Shown: positions 28,852 to 28,925 of the stretch, in pieces
How the letters are laid out: each line of letters opens with the position of its first letter
Numbering within the stretch: position 1 is the stretch's first letter
Translations under genes and position numbers: made by a program
The notes under the pieces: generated by a model
Seen by the model: only the letters and a program-made list of their open reading frames with translations
The model's database searches: none
What the model was told of the DNA's origin: nothing
Source: Candidatus Hodarchaeota archaeon
GTDB lineage: Archaea > Asgardarchaeota > Heimdallarchaeia > Hodarchaeales > Hodarchaeaceae
Direction of reading: 5' to 3'
Assembly (NCBI GenBank): GCA_029856365.1
Contig: JAHQWW010000036.1
Location: 1-28,925 of the forward strand
Length of the DNA stretch: 28,925 nt

Positions 28852-28925
28852 GCTAAAATTTTTCTTTAAGCTTCAATTAAGGTAGGTCTTGATAATATTT
28901 GAGCTAAGATTCCAATAAATACTCT

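Noticed and set aside
1-28925. CRISPR array, IS elements, integrase, rRNA
   Set aside because: No regularly spaced repeats, transposase or integrase ORFs, or rRNA-like sequence seen.

Overview
AT-rich archaeal chromosomal window, mostly housekeeping genes. An Asgard/Heimdallarchaeia-like origin is my inference from gene content and intron-bearing tRNAs, not a database result. Contents in order: GDPD, a MoxR-type AAA+ gene and a vWA gene, tRNA-Ser(CGA) and tRNA-Leu(CAG), bacterial-type mutS-mutL, a RadB/Rad51-paralog ATPase, an RNase H-fold hypothetical-nadM-Nog1 GTPase-truA run, ahcY with a divergent double Lrp/AsnC regulator, pssA-psd preceded by a stand-alone intein-containing A/V-ATPase subunit A, a coiled-coil (CdvA-like) gene plus a SWIM gene, DHH and HD phosphoesterases, tRNA-Pro(CGG), rpoF-rpl21e-pus10, trmY, srp54 and tRNA-Glu(CTC). 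The standout signal is a candidate -1 programmed ribosomal frameshift joining the AAA+ and vWA ORFs. It consists of a U_UUU_UUA heptamer directly before the AAA stop, a 6-nt spacer and a 9-bp hairpin, followed by 64 open but start-less codons leading into the vWA frame. This predicts both a 289-aa ATPase and a ~645-aa AAA-vWA fusion. Other notable items: a decayed duplicate of the vWA 3' end that now supplies the GDPD C-terminus in antisense, two tRNAs each with an anticodon intron and a T-loop intron, a candidate structured RNA upstream of atpA, and a histidine-kinase remnant.
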